From assembly GCA_963710605.1 (NCBI GenBank), contig CAVQBA010000007.1, positions 416,001-480,000 of the forward strand: 64,000 bases of DNA, written 5' to 3'. Of the stretch, positions 63,789-64,000 are shown piece after piece; within the stretch, counting starts at the first letter, position 1, and each line of letters opens with the position of its first letter. The notes under the pieces were generated by a model, which saw only the letters and a program-made list of their open reading frames with translations, searched no databases and was not told the origin of the DNA. A program made the translations under genes and the position numbers. The DNA comes from an uncultured cyanobacterium. GTDB lineage: Bacteria; Cyanobacteriota; Cyanobacteriia; Cyanobacteriales; Cyanobacteriaceae.

Positions 63789-64000
63789 ATGAATAATTCC
63801 CATGAGCAATTCAATGAATCTGCTGGTGATAGTATCACTAATGTAGTCAAAAATCTAGAAGATAGTCTTTTAAATAAGCCTTCTCCTGCTGTTACTAATA
63901 TTTCAGATCAAGCACTGACACAAATTCAATCTTTAGTCGCTACTTTAGTTCATGTTCATACTCAAGTAGAATTGGAATTGCCTAATCATTTTTCGGTTAT
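63789..64000 (+). CDS. 5' fragment of an unidentified ORF running off the window end
   Basis: MNNSHEQFNESAGDSITNVV... open for 70 codons. Confidence 0.5.
   Translation, partial: MNNSHEQFNESAGDSITNVVKNLEDSLLNKPSPAVTNISDQALTQIQSLVATLVHVHTQVELELPNHFSV

Overview
AT-rich chromosomal segment of a unicellular cyanobacterium (Geminocystis/Cyanobacterium-like; inferred from the photosynthesis genes, abundant CGATCG sites, heptamer STRR arrays and REP/MITE families). The housekeeping backbone includes psaL/psaI, rfbC-rfbD-rfbA, cysK, aroB, a cruE-like gene, petJ, cpcS, eda, deoC, recO, crtQ, psbV, psbQ, murT, trmJ, map and pgl. Three kinds of accessory block interrupt it. (1) A NACHT/STAND NTPase gene with a C-terminal PD-(D/E)xK nuclease-like domain, split by a +1 frameshift, next to a repeat-flanked ParDE-type module (about 7.7-13.9 kb). 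(2) A candidate self-contained signalling/proteolysis cluster (18.6-26.1 kb): FHA-winged-helix regulator, membrane Ser/Thr kinase, COP23 lipoprotein, two small membrane proteins and an exported TPR-CHAT-SH3 protease, with two matching 11-bp-period triple-repeat promoter boxes. (3) Toxin-antitoxin debris at 42.8-43.7 kb and 49.8-50.2 kb. Intergenic DNA is packed with nested MITE/REP elements, including a 37-51 bp GTCTTGGT...ACCGC element that shows stem covariation and has inserted into itself. No rRNA, tRNA, CRISPR array, transposase or integrase was recognised. All family calls come from motif recognition by eye, not database searches.
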